Assembly (NCBI GenBank): GCA_037305845.1
Contig: CP147778.1
Coordinates: 256,001-320,000 of the forward strand
DNA length: 64,000 bases
Reading direction: 5' to 3'
DNA from: Candidatus Freyarchaeum deiterrae
GTDB lineage: Archaea; Asgardarchaeota; Jordiarchaeia; Jordiarchaeales; Jordiarchaeaceae
The notes beneath the pieces were generated by a model. That model was not told where the DNA came from and made no database searches. It saw only the letters and a list, made by a program, of their open reading frames with translations. A program made the position numbers and the translations under genes. This document shows, in pieces, positions 1 through 11,600 of the stretch (its first letter is position 1; every line of letters starts with the position of its first letter).

Positions 1-3000
1 TGCCAAAGGACATCAAGGATTACCCTCTCGTTCTTGATGATAACGGTCATATGGTACCAATCAATGATGTGTTTTGGACACCTACTCACCATCATGACTT
101 AATCAAGGATTTTCTGATTTCCCAGAAAGGCGAATCACATTTGGTCTCCAAGTCAATCCTTACGGATTTCGAGGACTTCATCTGCAAAAGTCTTAAAGTC
201 CAAATCTTGGATTACCATGAAATAATCACAAAATATCGAAATGCCATTGAAGGGACAGAGCAGCAAAAGATAGAGTTACAGGCTATAATGGCAGAGGGGA
301 TTATGCTTGGACTTGCGAATAGGTCATGGCAGGCGGACGAGGTGAATGAATTGCATTTTCTGCCGGTGAACGGGGTATTGGAAATCCCTCGTAATGCTTG
401 TGTTGGCTCTGTTAATGACAAAGAACTGGATAGTTTTTTGGGATCCATCGACGGTTATGTACAAGAGATGATTGAAAAAAGCGGTTATAAGAAGGCTATT
501 ATAGAATTGGGATGCGGGGATTTGAACAAAGATTTTATCGGATGCATCATTGGTAGGATAGATAGGTACGCAGAGGAGAATAAGGATGAAGAAGGTATAT
601 GCCGCTTGGATGATAAACATCACAGGTTGGTTTCAGATTGTTTGTATAGACTGACCAAAATATCTCAGTTTAGGGGATATGAAGGAATCCTAAAGAAGAG
701 AATATTGCCTGTAGATTATCGTAACTCATTGATTCTTTCTACTCCTCCAAGATGGGACACGGTAAAAGGAGAATGGCGACTTGAAAAATATGATAGGGAT
801 TGGCCTTGGGTTAGACCCGAACTAAACTTTTTGAATGAAGGGGCATCTTCGGTTTGGAAATCAATCCAATTCGTTCATCTCCATGAGGATTTCCAAGACG
901 CTGAGAAATTGATAATAAGGGAGTTCGGGATAGAACGCCTTAATATTAGAGCATTGATTATGCACTTCCTATTACCAAGGGACGAGCCTAGGACTTCCCT
1001 CTTCTTTGATGATTCATTAATCGCATTCATTGGACCTTCCCATAAGATGAATAATACCGATAAAATCAAAAAAACTTTTCTTGGTTATTTGAATGAATAT
1101 TATAAGGAAAGTAAACATGCGGGTGAGAAACTGTCCATTGAAGATAAACCGTGTCTCTACGATGACAAACCAGTGCCAGTCTGGAGAACGCCAAAAGAAT
1201 TCGCCTTCAAAATAAATGAGGATTTGGAGGTATTGGGATACAATAACCTTAGCGAGGACTTCTCTGAAGAGGGAGGATGGGATAGAAAGACGCTCACAAA
1301 TATGGGGGTTGTGGACAGACTTGAATTCGAGATTATAGGGAAAGCAATCCGTAGATACTCTGCCGAAGACAGGAACACTGATACGGATAGAGTGATACTG
1401 AGAACTCTTATACTCTGCTTACGTGAAAGAATAGGCACTTACGATGATTGGAAGAAACTATCTGATGTAAAATGGGTGCCTACTATAGATGGCAAGTGGA
1501 ACAAGCCAAGCTCCGCACTTCCTCTTACAGAAAAAATTGGAAAGTTGATTGGTGATTATAAGCTCAATTCTCTTATCGACTTTGCGTCTTTAAAAGGTGA
1601 AGAGGAGGATGAATTATCGAAGTTCACTGAAGAGGACTTCAAAAATATTGGTTTCAGGAACACCCCTACTTTTGATGAATTGATAGAAGTATGGACGCAT
1701 TACCAGAATGAAAAGAAAAGCCCACCACCAGAACTCTTTGACGAACTCGAAAATAGGTTCCGGGGGAATAAGGAAAAGTTTCTACATACGAAATATACGG
1801 GTGAAATATTATATTTCGTAGATGATGAATGGAAAGACCCAAAATTTGTGGTAATGGGCAAACGGGAAGATTTCCCAGAACCGATAAGAGAAAGATTCGC
1901 ATTCACGAGTAAACATGAGAACCTGTTAAAATGGATGCGTGGAGAGCTAGATACAGAAGAAAGACCCAGGATTAAAGTGAAGGACGCACTTGCGATAGTG
2001 GACGACCTTTCTGATGAGGAGATGAAATCTGTCTGGGATTTTATCATAGCCCGACGGACCGAAATAGATGAAGGATTGAAAAATGAGTTCAAGGAAAAGA
2101 AGATTTTCCTTTATGATGACCAACGTTATGCTCCCATCAGGATATTGATTCCATCGAGTGACGTAACTGGTCTAAAGTTCAAAGGGAAGCTCGGGAACTG
2201 GCTGTCAATCGGTTCTGAGACTAGTCGGAAGGCAATGGACACGCTGTCCAGCCTAGGAGCACAAGAATTAGATAAAATCATCCATGAACAAATCAACCTG
2301 CAGGATTTAATAAAATGTATGATAACCGAAAAACCCAGACCGGGGATGACTCTTTGGTCCGACTACCTCCTGGTAATATCGAAAATGATTGATGGAGGGG
2401 TTACAATCCCCACCGATTTTGAGGCAGTTCCTTTTGAACAATCTTCTGAAATAGTCTTTAAAGCGCCGAAGGAAATCCTGTTAAGGGATAACTCAGGAGT
2501 ATGGGAGCTGTTCCAAAATGAGAACAGGTTGAATATCTTAGATCCTACCTTGTTCTTGGATGAGAAGATATCTGCGGATAAGTTGGAAAGTTGGTTAAGA
2601 AGATGTGGTGCAAGAAACTTCAAAAAGGTCTTGGGGGGCATCCAAGAACCACATATAAGCGAAGCGGAGCAAGAAACTAATCTTACAGATGACTTCAAAA
2701 ATGCGTTGAAAAGACTTGAAGAGAGTGTCAGCTCAGAGTTTGAGGTTGATGATCAAAATCTCATCAATCAAAAGATAAGTGGATTACGAGAAGCAATCAT
2801 ATACTCATGCAAGAAGATAGTGCGATTATATGAAATAGACATGACCCAAATCGATGGTGGTCCCTCTATATCCAAGGAGATATCCCAATCCTGCTATTTA
2901 GCGAAGAATAATACAAGATGGATTATCTTTATGGGAAAAGATTCCGAGAACTATATGTTAGACCTAGAAAAGATGGTTAGAGAGGATTTCAACCCTGGCT

Positions 3001-3986
3001 TTGGAGATATATACCGAAAGAGATTTTGGGAGAGTACAGTAAAATCCGCTTTCTTTGACCAAGCAACAGATATAACTCGTGAGCGGGTATTACCTAATTT
3101 AGCTGAAAACATAAGTAAGCTAGATAAGTGGTGGAGTATCTATCTCTCAGACCCAAATAAATCGTCTTTCCCTACGCTAGATGGTGATTTTTGGTGGCCT
3201 GCCCTTGGTCTTGATGACGAAGGTAATGAAGAAAAAAGAGTGGCTATATTGAAAGGTGAACTGCTGAAGAATAGAAAGGTGATGTTCAACTTATTTTCAA
3301 TGGCTACTTTATTGAGCGCAAACGTTCAGAGAAATCAAATAAAGAGCTTCTTGGATATCCTAAAGGGCAAAGGGCTGTCATTCAGTGAGATGTACGATAT
3401 GGAGGAAGAAGAGGTCATTAGAAAGATGATTGATGATATGTTTGGGGATATCGACAGTAAAGGTCTCACAGAGAACATCTACCCTGAACTCAGACGTCGG
3501 ATATTTGATATTCTGACCTTGAGAAGGGCGATGAAGGATGAAATCATAGGTGGGAACATACTAAGCATGATAAAATCTTATGAAGATGATGGCATTTCCC
3601 CTGAGCTTTTCTTTACCCGTGGCCGAGGGTATGGAGCAAAACCATTCATGAAAGGGTTCAAAGGAATGTTCACAGGGCAAATATATTTCTTCGTAAGAGA
3701 GATGGCCAGGCTCGGGCTCGCGGACAAATGGAAAGAAATAGCTTTCCATACCCCGTCTCAGGTGAGGAAATTGATTGATAACTTGGGCGGAAGAGTACCC
3801 TCAGAGTCCAAGGATGGTTGGAGAGAAGGTTTGGCCCAATCCATGATGCGCTCTATAAATGATTACCCCAATCTGAATGGATGGTACGATATCCCATTTT
3901 TCATATATTATGACGAGTTCTGTAGAGAATGCATGCGAGGTAATCCTCCGCATGAATGCGAGATGAATTGTTATCAACGTGAGTGA
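1..3986 (+). CDS. Very large (>1311 aa) defence-island protein, 5'-truncated by the window; sacsin-like repeat segments and a Cys-rich C-terminus
   Basis: The frame is open from base 3 (PKDIKDYPLVLDDNGHM...), so the true start is upstream. Segments such as KWVPTIDGKWNKPSSAL resemble sacsin-like proteins. The stop overlaps the SNF2 start. Confidence 0.6.
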   Translation, partial: PKDIKDYPLVLDDNGHMVPINDVFWTPTHHHDLIKDFLISQKGESHLVSKSILTDFEDFICKSLKVQILDYHEIITKYRNAIEGTEQQKIELQAIMAEGIMLGLANRSWQADEVNELHFLPVNGVLEIPRNACVGSVNDKELDSFLGSIDGYVQEMIEKSGYKKAIIELGCGDLNKDFIGCIIGRIDRYAEENKDEEGICRLDDKHHRLVSDCLYRLTKISQFRGYEGILKKRILPVDYRNSLILSTPPRWDTVKGEWRLEKYDRDWPWVRPELNFLNEGASSVWKSIQFVHLHEDFQDAEKLIIREFGIERLNIRALIMHFLLPRDEPRTSLFFDDSLIAFIGPSHKMNNTDKIKKTFLGYLNEYYKESKHAGEKLSIEDKPCLYDDKPVPVWRTPKEFAFKINEDLEVLGYNNLSEDFSEEGGWDRKTLTNMGVVDRLEFEIIGKAIRRYSAEDRNTDTDRVILRTLILCLRERIGTYDDWKKLSDVKWVPTIDGKWNKPSSALPLTEKIGKLIGDYKLNSLIDFASLKGEEEDELSKFTEEDFKNIGFRNTPTFDELIEVWTHYQNEKKSPPPELFDELENRFRGNKEKFLHTKYTGEILYFVDDEWKDPKFVVMGKREDFPEPIRERFAFTSKHENLLKWMRGELDTEERPRIKVKDALAIVDDLSDEEMKSVWDFIIARRTEIDEGLKNEFKEKKIFLYDDQRYAPIRILIPSSDVTGLKFKGKLGNWLSIGSETSRKAMDTLSSLGAQELDKIIHEQINLQDLIKCMITEKPRPGMTLWSDYLLVISKMIDGGVTIPTDFEAVPFEQSSEIVFKAPKEILLRDNSGVWELFQNENRLNILDPTLFLDEKISADKLESWLRRCGARNFKKVLGGIQEPHISEAEQETNLTDDFKNALKRLEESVSSEFEVDDQNLINQKISGLREAIIYSCKKIVRLYEIDMTQIDGGPSISKEISQSCYLAKNNTRWIIFMGKDSENYMLDLEKMVREDFNPGFGDIYRKRFWESTVKSAFFDQATDITRERVLPNLAENISKLDKWWSIYLSDPNKSSFPTLDGDFWWPALGLDDEGNEEKRVAILKGELLKNRKVMFNLFSMATLLSANVQRNQIKSFLDILKGKGLSFSEMYDMEEEEVIRKMIDDMFGDIDSKGLTENIYPELRRRIFDILTLRRAMKDEIIGGNILSMIKSYEDDGISPELFFTRGRGYGAKPFMKGFKGMFTGQIYFFVREMARLGLADKWKEIAFHTPSQVRKLIDNLGGRVPSESKDGWREGLAQSMMRSINDYPNLNGWYDIPFFIYYDEFCRECMRGNPPHECEMNCYQRE

Positions 3987-6654
3987 TTCGAGATTGGTAA
4001 AGAGGGTAAAAGACAGACTGGGTAGGTATCATAATATCGGTAAAGTTCTGGCGGAAGAGTTATTTGGTGGTTTCCTCCAGTATGTGGTGGACTTTGGGGA
4101 GGAAGGGATACAAAGGCTGAAAGTCGATGAACTGGATATAATACCCTTGGAAGAAAGATTGTACGATGGTAACTATAACTTGAAAGAATTCATCCTCAGG
4201 ATAAAAGCTTCACTGATGTTCAATGATGATATAAAGACTGGGTGTGTATCCAGAATGAAACTTGACCTGATACCACACCAGATAATAATGGCAGATAAGG
4301 TCATGAACACAAAATCCAAAGGGTTCCTTATCGCAGATGATGTGGGACTTGGCAAAACGATAGAAGCGGGACTAGTAATCCGTTCCATGATAGCTCATGG
4401 AAGGGCGGACAGGATTCTACTTCTCTGTCCTGCAAATCTAGCGCCTCAGTGGAGGGAACAGTTATCAGAACGCTTTGATGAGTGGTTCGATATATTAAGG
4501 ACAGAGATGAACATCACCGATCCAAGGAAATGGGACTATAGTCCTAGGATGATAGCAAGCATCCAGACACTCAGGTTACCACAACACAGAGATATACTGT
4601 TGGAGAGCGTACTGGACTGGGATCTCGTAATAGTAGATGAGGCGCACCACTTAACAGCAAGGGAGTATGCCTCGAAAATCACCTCAAAAATCGATAAGAA
4701 CAAGAGCTATCAGTTGCTCGACAGACTTAGAGAGAGGAGCAAGTTCTTTCTCTTCCTGACGGCTACCCCACATCAAGGTGAGGACGATAGGTTCGCCATG
4801 TTGTTAAGGCTACTTGACCCGGAACATATCAAGAACACTAAGGATCTAGATGGTCTCGGTCCCAAGATAAACGAGTTGATGGGGAGGAACATAAAGTCTG
4901 AGGTCACGGATTTTGAGGGTAACCAACTGTTCAAAGGGCATGATATGTTCAGACATGAGGTCATGCCTACTTTGGAGTATTCATCTTTCTTGGAAGAGTT
5001 GAAACAGTACGTGAATGATGGATTTATATCGTTGGATGAGCAAAAAGGTAACCGTTTAAGTGCGGAGGGCTTCGTCCTCACATCATTCTTGAAGTTAGCC
5101 GCTTCAAGTCCGGAGGCCATAAGGAGGACATTGACCAATAGATATGACAACTTAAAGAAAGTAAGCGTTGTGTCAGCCGTCAGTTCTGAGCATGACGATA
5201 GGTTTGAAGGGGAGTATGAGGAGAAATCTGCGTCAGAAGCGAAAGAACTTTTCGAGGGTGAAAGAAAAAGGATTGAGAACCTTATTAACAAATTGAAGAA
5301 TATCAGAGATACAAAATTAGCGGAACTGGACGAGATACTTGAGCAAGAGGGTATACTTCATGACAAAGACAAAAGGATTCTGATATTCACAGAATACCGT
5401 GGTACACAGGAAATGATTAAGAACCACTTAGAAGCAAATTTTGAGAAAGGGTCGGTACTACTGATGAATGGGGACATGGACGCTAACCAGAAGAGAAACG
5501 TGGTGAAGAAGTTCGATACCGAGAAAAGGTTCCTTGTATCGACAGAGGCTGGTGGAGAGGGCATCGATCTTCAAAACAATTGCCATATCATGGTCAATTA
5601 CGACATACCATGGAACCCTATGAGGTTGCACCAGAGGACGGGTAGGCTAGACAGATACGGCCAAAAAGAAAAGGTTCATGTGCACTACATTGTCGTTAAA
5701 GGAACGATAGATGAAAAGATACAGCTTTTCCTAAAGGAGAAAATCGAGCGAATAGAGAGAAGATTGGGCGATTTGAAAGGCGACAAAGCAGAAAGACTAC
5801 GTGAAGATGTACTTGGCCAACTAACATTGTCCAGAGATGACATATCAAAGCTATATCTTTCAAATATCAAAGAATCTGAGGAAAGGTTAGAAAAGAACAT
5901 AGAAAATGCTATCGAATCGCTTAAAAGACAGGAGAGCATATTCAAAGAGATAAAAAGGTTCGACCTGAAAGAATTCAGAAAAATAAAATCTGAATATGAA
6001 CTTGGAAATCTTGAAGAACTCATTAGACAATATCTAGCATCTATGCACAAACGGATGGTCGAAGAGGGGGATGGCGTCGTTCACTTCGATATACCTGACG
6101 AAATAAGTGATATGAAGGTCTTCCACGGCAGAAGACTCAATATGTCTAAAATCAGAGGGACGTTCGATAGAGTTAAATCTGGAAAGCTTGGCATAGATTT
6201 GCTTGGCACAGGGAACGAGTACATAGATGCCATGTTGGACAGGATGATTAAAAGGGCTGACAGCGGTGATGTGTTAGCCTCAAGGATATATGTGGATGAA
6301 GGGCATATGCTCGATGGGAAAAGAGGGCTACTAGCATCCTACATAGTGACATCCACTCCCACTGTAGGGGGGAAACAAAGTTTTGATGGTGTCGAGTTCA
6401 TTTTTTATAATCCCGATGAGGAAAGATTGTATGATTCACAAGAGGACTTGAGGGAAATCCTAAAAACCATATGTGATGAGCGAAGGCACCATATGCTGAA
6501 TCCGCATGATGTTCCAGATGAAAATAAGATTGTTAGCATCGCCAAGGAAATCGAGAACTTCATAAACGGGAAAATCCGTGATGGTCGTATAGGTTCTGTG
6601 AACATGAACTCAATAGCTTGGTTGGAATTCTATGGGCAGAAGCCGCTCGCTTGA
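3979..6654 (+). CDS. drmD: SNF2/RapA-family helicase, DISARM DrmD-like
   Basis: ADDVGLGKT (Walker A), DEAHH, TATPHQG and QRTGRLDRYGQ motifs; lies upstream of the methylase and drmABC. Confidence 0.8.
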   Translation: MSDSRLVKRVKDRLGRYHNIGKVLAEELFGGFLQYVVDFGEEGIQRLKVDELDIIPLEERLYDGNYNLKEFILRIKASLMFNDDIKTGCVSRMKLDLIPHQIIMADKVMNTKSKGFLIADDVGLGKTIEAGLVIRSMIAHGRADRILLLCPANLAPQWREQLSERFDEWFDILRTEMNITDPRKWDYSPRMIASIQTLRLPQHRDILLESVLDWDLVIVDEAHHLTAREYASKITSKIDKNKSYQLLDRLRERSKFFLFLTATPHQGEDDRFAMLLRLLDPEHIKNTKDLDGLGPKINELMGRNIKSEVTDFEGNQLFKGHDMFRHEVMPTLEYSSFLEELKQYVNDGFISLDEQKGNRLSAEGFVLTSFLKLAASSPEAIRRTLTNRYDNLKKVSVVSAVSSEHDDRFEGEYEEKSASEAKELFEGERKRIENLINKLKNIRDTKLAELDEILEQEGILHDKDKRILIFTEYRGTQEMIKNHLEANFEKGSVLLMNGDMDANQKRNVVKKFDTEKRFLVSTEAGGEGIDLQNNCHIMVNYDIPWNPMRLHQRTGRLDRYGQKEKVHVHYIVVKGTIDEKIQLFLKEKIERIERRLGDLKGDKAERLREDVLGQLTLSRDDISKLYLSNIKESEERLEKNIENAIESLKRQESIFKEIKRFDLKEFRKIKSEYELGNLEELIRQYLASMHKRMVEEGDGVVHFDIPDEISDMKVFHGRRLNMSKIRGTFDRVKSGKLGIDLLGTGNEYIDAMLDRMIKRADSGDVLASRIYVDEGHMLDGKRGLLASYIVTSTPTVGGKQSFDGVEFIFYNPDEERLYDSQEDLREILKTICDERRHHMLNPHDVPDENKIVSIAKEIENFINGKIRDGRIGSVNMNSIAWLEFYGQKPLA

Positions 6655-6767
6655 ATTGAAAGGTTTATAGATATGGACACCCAGAATAAAGAGATTAATA
6701 ATATATGAAAGGAAATAAAAATCGTTACGGTAATTTGTCCAAATAGAAAAAAGAGGATGAACTTGAG

Positions 6768-8612
6768 ATGGGATTGAAGGTGGCAGATTTTTTCTGTGGT
6801 GCGGGTGGCTTTTCCGAAGGTTTCAGACAGATGGGATTTGAGATAGTTTATGGGACTGACATATGGCCACATGCAGTAGAGACTTTTCGAAAGAACTTCC
6901 CTGAGGCTGATGTACCAGACCCTATCGACATATTAGACATAGAGATAAAAGACTTACCTGATGTAGATGTGATAATTGGCGGTCCCCCCTGTACTTTTTT
7001 CTCTCCATCAAATAACGGTGGGAATGGCAATACCGACAAAGGTATGAGACTGGTAAAAGGGTTTCTAAAGATAATAGATGAAATGAACCCTAAATGGTGG
7101 ATAATGGAGAATGTTCCAAGACTATCACTGACTTTACCTAAAAGCATCTCTCTCTATGATTCAGCGATTGGGAAGAAAGACAAGTGTTTCGAAATACCAA
7201 ATAGAAATGTATTGAACGCTGCAGATTATGGGGTACCTCAAGGAAGAAAAAGACTTTTCGTAGGGAACTATCCATCGCCTAAGCCGTCCCACTCAGACAA
7301 AGGAGAAGGAGGAACGGAGCAATGGAGACTGATGCGGGATGTTATAGAAGGCCTGCCTTATCCACTGGACGAAGAGAACAGTAGTAATGTTAACGACCCC
7401 CTCTACACAGGAATCACATTGGATTGTGATGAATTCACTGAACATAGGTACGATACCTTCCTTACAAAGATAGAGGTAGAAGAAGCGAAGAGATTGAAAA
7501 CCAGACACAGGTATTATGGAAAGATAAACTTCCCGGACGATATCGACAGACCAGCAAGGACCGTTATGGCTTCGATTAGCAGAACAAGCAGAGAGATGAT
7601 GGTTATTAAAGAGAATAGAGGTAGTAAGGAAGGATATAGGATTCCGACCTTACGGGAATGTGCCTCCCTTCAATCTTTCCCTATTACCTACCAGTTTTGG
7701 GCTCAGAACATCTCTCCGAAATACAAATTGGTAGGCAACGCTGTCCCTCCCATGTTATCGAGGGCGATAGCTAGAGCGATACTGATTGTTGAAGGACGTA
7801 CCCCTCCAGATGAACCAATTATTCGAAAGAAAGTGACCGAGATACCTGAAGTTCTACCTGTTGATGCAATCTCCAGAGGAAGGCTAAGAACCAATTATCG
7901 CCTCAACAGACATTATTGCGACTTCATAGATCATCATGCCAACCATTCAAGAACTGGTTGCCGTATAGATATTGATAACGAAGGTAAGCGGCCAAAAGAA
8001 CACCCTATGTATAGTGGAAAACATGGTTGGAGGAGAAAAGTGATACGGCATATCAAGGAATGGAGGTGCGTCCTATATACTGGGTACGCTAAGAATGCCG
8101 AGAACATGGTAGTTTCTTTGAAAGATGCTTTGAGCTTATTGAATGACAGCAACCCACTAGAGTTCAATAAAAAGATGACTTGCATCATTGACGATATTAT
8201 TAATAAAAAGATACATGAGATACCAGACGCAACAACGTGCCAGGGTATATTGTCGGGTAAGGTCAAGGGCATAAAGGAGAGCCCCCTTTGGATTAGAAAA
8301 ATGTTGACGAAAATCGTAAATGATAATTTTCCTGAAAAAGAAAAAACAACGAACAAAATCAAAGATTATGGACGTATCCATGTCAGATCGGAAATAATGT
8401 TAACTCAGAGAGATGCAGCACAGTTGATAATAGCAGCTCTTACATGTGCCGTGATGAATGAGAGCGATGTATGGTTATTAGAGAACTGGGGTAAGCACTT
8501 TTGGTTGAAGGAATGGCCAGTAATTGAGAAACTCCCTTACAAAGAATCTAAATGGGTAAAAAAAATCGAGGGAAAAATAAAGATGCATAAATGGTCAGGC
8601 GATACGAATTGA
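6768..8612 (+). CDS. DNA (cytosine-5) methyltransferase with a ~270-aa C-terminal extension
   Basis: Motif I FCGAGG, motif IV GPPC, motif VI ENV, motif VIII QGRKR, motif X GNAVPP. Confidence 0.95.
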   Translation: MGLKVADFFCGAGGFSEGFRQMGFEIVYGTDIWPHAVETFRKNFPEADVPDPIDILDIEIKDLPDVDVIIGGPPCTFFSPSNNGGNGNTDKGMRLVKGFLKIIDEMNPKWWIMENVPRLSLTLPKSISLYDSAIGKKDKCFEIPNRNVLNAADYGVPQGRKRLFVGNYPSPKPSHSDKGEGGTEQWRLMRDVIEGLPYPLDEENSSNVNDPLYTGITLDCDEFTEHRYDTFLTKIEVEEAKRLKTRHRYYGKINFPDDIDRPARTVMASISRTSREMMVIKENRGSKEGYRIPTLRECASLQSFPITYQFWAQNISPKYKLVGNAVPPMLSRAIARAILIVEGRTPPDEPIIRKKVTEIPEVLPVDAISRGRLRTNYRLNRHYCDFIDHHANHSRTGCRIDIDNEGKRPKEHPMYSGKHGWRRKVIRHIKEWRCVLYTGYAKNAENMVVSLKDALSLLNDSNPLEFNKKMTCIIDDIINKKIHEIPDATTCQGILSGKVKGIKESPLWIRKMLTKIVNDNFPEKEKTTNKIKDYGRIHVRSEIMLTQRDAAQLIIAALTCAVMNESDVWLLENWGKHFWLKEWPVIEKLPYKESKWVKKIEGKIKMHKWSGDTN

Positions 8613-11600
8613 CGAAAGCGGAAGTAAGAAAGCAACTAGTTAAGAACTTGGAAAGAGATTTGCTTGGCCCAAAGAAAGGGCCGGATGAAGAATTCATGGA
8701 ACTACCCACACAACGATATGTAATTGGTATTCTTTTCCCTTCAAGTACACCGATAGGTCCAGAACAGGACATAAACAATCCTCCTGAAGGGGAGGACGAT
8801 GAAGAATATAGCCCGATGTATAGAACTCCCCTTGAAAACGAGCTCCGTCCCTCGTCCATGGGAATGTCGTTCATCGTTGATAAGAATATTACATCACTGC
8901 CCGTCGAGATAAGATGGGCGACATATATACAAAAAGAAGAATATGGTTCTTTCAGGCGGTGTGAACACACAGTCTCTATGGAACTTGATGTATCTGCCGA
9001 TGACCTCAAGGGGGATGAGCCTCTTTACAGAAAAGATATGGCTGATGCTAAAGAATTCAGAGTGTTCTGGAGGACATACAGAGGAGAGAAGGAAGATCGT
9101 CCTGTTAGCGTCTTTCTCTGGAACAAGGAAACTACTTCATCGAACAAAGCGGAGCTGTCCCAGCGATGTATGTTCTCTCCTTCAATAAGGATAGAGTTCA
9201 AAGACAGGTTCATCATCGCAAGAAAGAGGATGACGATTGCCAGTGAGGAGGAGGATTTGAAATCCCTAAATCTCCTTTATCATGATAGACATGAGTTCGG
9301 CGTTGGTCATGGTTGTTCAATAATGTGGATGGATGTACAGGGGAACCGCTGTGGGCTCATTGAGACGACATTCATGCCAACGTATCATTGGCAACCCTTG
9401 TCGTTTAGGGAGGAAGAATATCCTTTTTATATGAAGAATATGTCAGAAAAAAAAAGGAAAGAACAAATCCAGGAAGAACTTGAACTGTTAAAGTCTTATG
9501 AGGAGTGGATATCTGGAACGTTCTCTGAAGTTGAGAAGAATCAATTAGAGCCTATGTTCCACGAGACCTTTGACAGACATAAGAATGAATGCATGACATC
9601 CCTCGTCAGGATTAAAAAGGGCATCGAACTGTTAGAAGATGACCAAGTTTTCAACGCATTCTGCTTTATGAACGAAGCGATGTTCCTTCAAAGGGCATAT
9701 TACGACGCTGCTGTTGAATATAGAAAAGAGGGCAAAAAGTTCAAAGATCCTTCTCTCACAGATTCGAAGGTAATCGCGAAGCATAGATGGAGACCGTTCC
9801 AAATCGCTTTCATTCTACAGGCCATCCCAGGGATTGTGAATCCCAACGATGATGATCGAAAGATTGTAGACCTTCTCTGGATTCCTACAGGAGGAGGTAA
9901 GACAGAGGCGTATCTAGGTCTTGCCGCCTTTACTATGGCATACAGGAGGCTAAAAAGCAAGGCGCTAGAAGACTATGCAGGTGTTAGCGTCATGATGAGA
10001 TACACGCTACGCCTCTTAACTATACAACAATTCCAAAGAGCCGGAGCTTTGATGTGCGCTTGCGAAGCCATCAGGGACAAGAACAAAGCTAAATGGGGTG
10101 AAATTCCGTTCCTTGTTGGACTTTTCGTCGGTCAAAGCACCACTCCGAACATCATAGGTAAAAAGAATGATTATGTCAAGTACAATGAAGACGGATGGAA
10201 AAACAAAAATTGTGAAGATACTGCATATTATGCATTGGAATATTGGAAAAAGGAACATCAGAAACCTACGGGTAGTAATCCTTTCCAATTGTTATACTGT
10301 CCTTGGTGCGGTGAGGAGCTTACTGAAAAGAGCTATACGATTGACGATGAAAAACAAAATGTAATCACACATTGCGTTCGAGACGGGTGCCTTTTCAAAC
10401 TTCTGGAAATCCCTGCGATAACAGTAGACGAAGATGTATACAATCGCCTCCCCTCTATGGTCATAGGCACAGTTGACAAATTCGCCATGCTCCCGTTCAG
10501 CCCCAAAATAGGTAAAATGTTCGGGCACGTAGACAGGTACTGCCCTACACATGGCTTTCTCTGCCGAACCGAGAATCATTCAGATTCGCATAAGAGCGGT
10601 GTGCAAGTGCGTTCAATAAGGAATCCGCTTAACCCGCCTAATCTGATTATACAGGATGAACTGCACCTTATCAATGGGCCGTTGGGTAGCATGGTCGGCA
10701 TTTATGAAAGTACAGTAGATAGGCTTTGTTCCAGAAATATTGGAACTGTTATCGTAAAGCCTAAGGTCATCGCGTCGACTGCAACAATACGAAGAGCAAG
10801 GGATCAGGTCTGGAACATCTTCGCAAGGGATGTCAAGCGTTTCCCTGCTCCTGGGACCGAGTTCTCAGATTCTTTCTTCGTTAAGGAAGTCCAAGATGAT
10901 AACAATGCCAAGCAATTCATAGGTGTTTTCCCCTCGGGGATAGGTCAGAAAACCGTAATGAAGAGAACGTTATCCAGCCTTCTATTATCTGCGTTGGAAT
11001 TTAATAAGAAAGGTTCACCAGTGGAGGACTGGGACGAATATTGGACCTTGGTTTCCTATTTCAATAGTATCCGCGAACTTGGCAGTGCTAAGACAACAAT
11101 CGAGGACGATGTTAACAGTGCTGTTAAAGAAAGGAGAAAAATATTACCAATCGATGAACTTACAAGCAGAATCAACTCTAAGGATTTACCATCCATTTTG
11201 GCAAAACTTAACATCAGAGGGGACACTGACAAAGCCGTCAACATCTTGGCATGTTCCAACATGTTCTCGGTCGGTGTCGACGTCCAGCGACTTGGGTTGA
11301 TGGTAATGAACAACCAGCCAAAAGCGACATCAGAATACATCCAATCTACAGGGAGGGTAGGAAGGAACAAGTCAGGGTTGGTCATAGTGTTATATAATTG
11401 GGTGAGACCAAGGGATCAATCACATTATGAAAGGTTCTATGATTACCATAACAGGATACAATCATATGTGGAAGCCATGACCGTGACCCCGTTCTCAGAA
11501 GGCGCTAGTGAACGCGCCCTGCATGCCCAATATGTGAGCATGATAAGGATATTGAGCGATGCGCAATTGTCACGCCAGTCAGAAGCAGGTAATTTCAATT

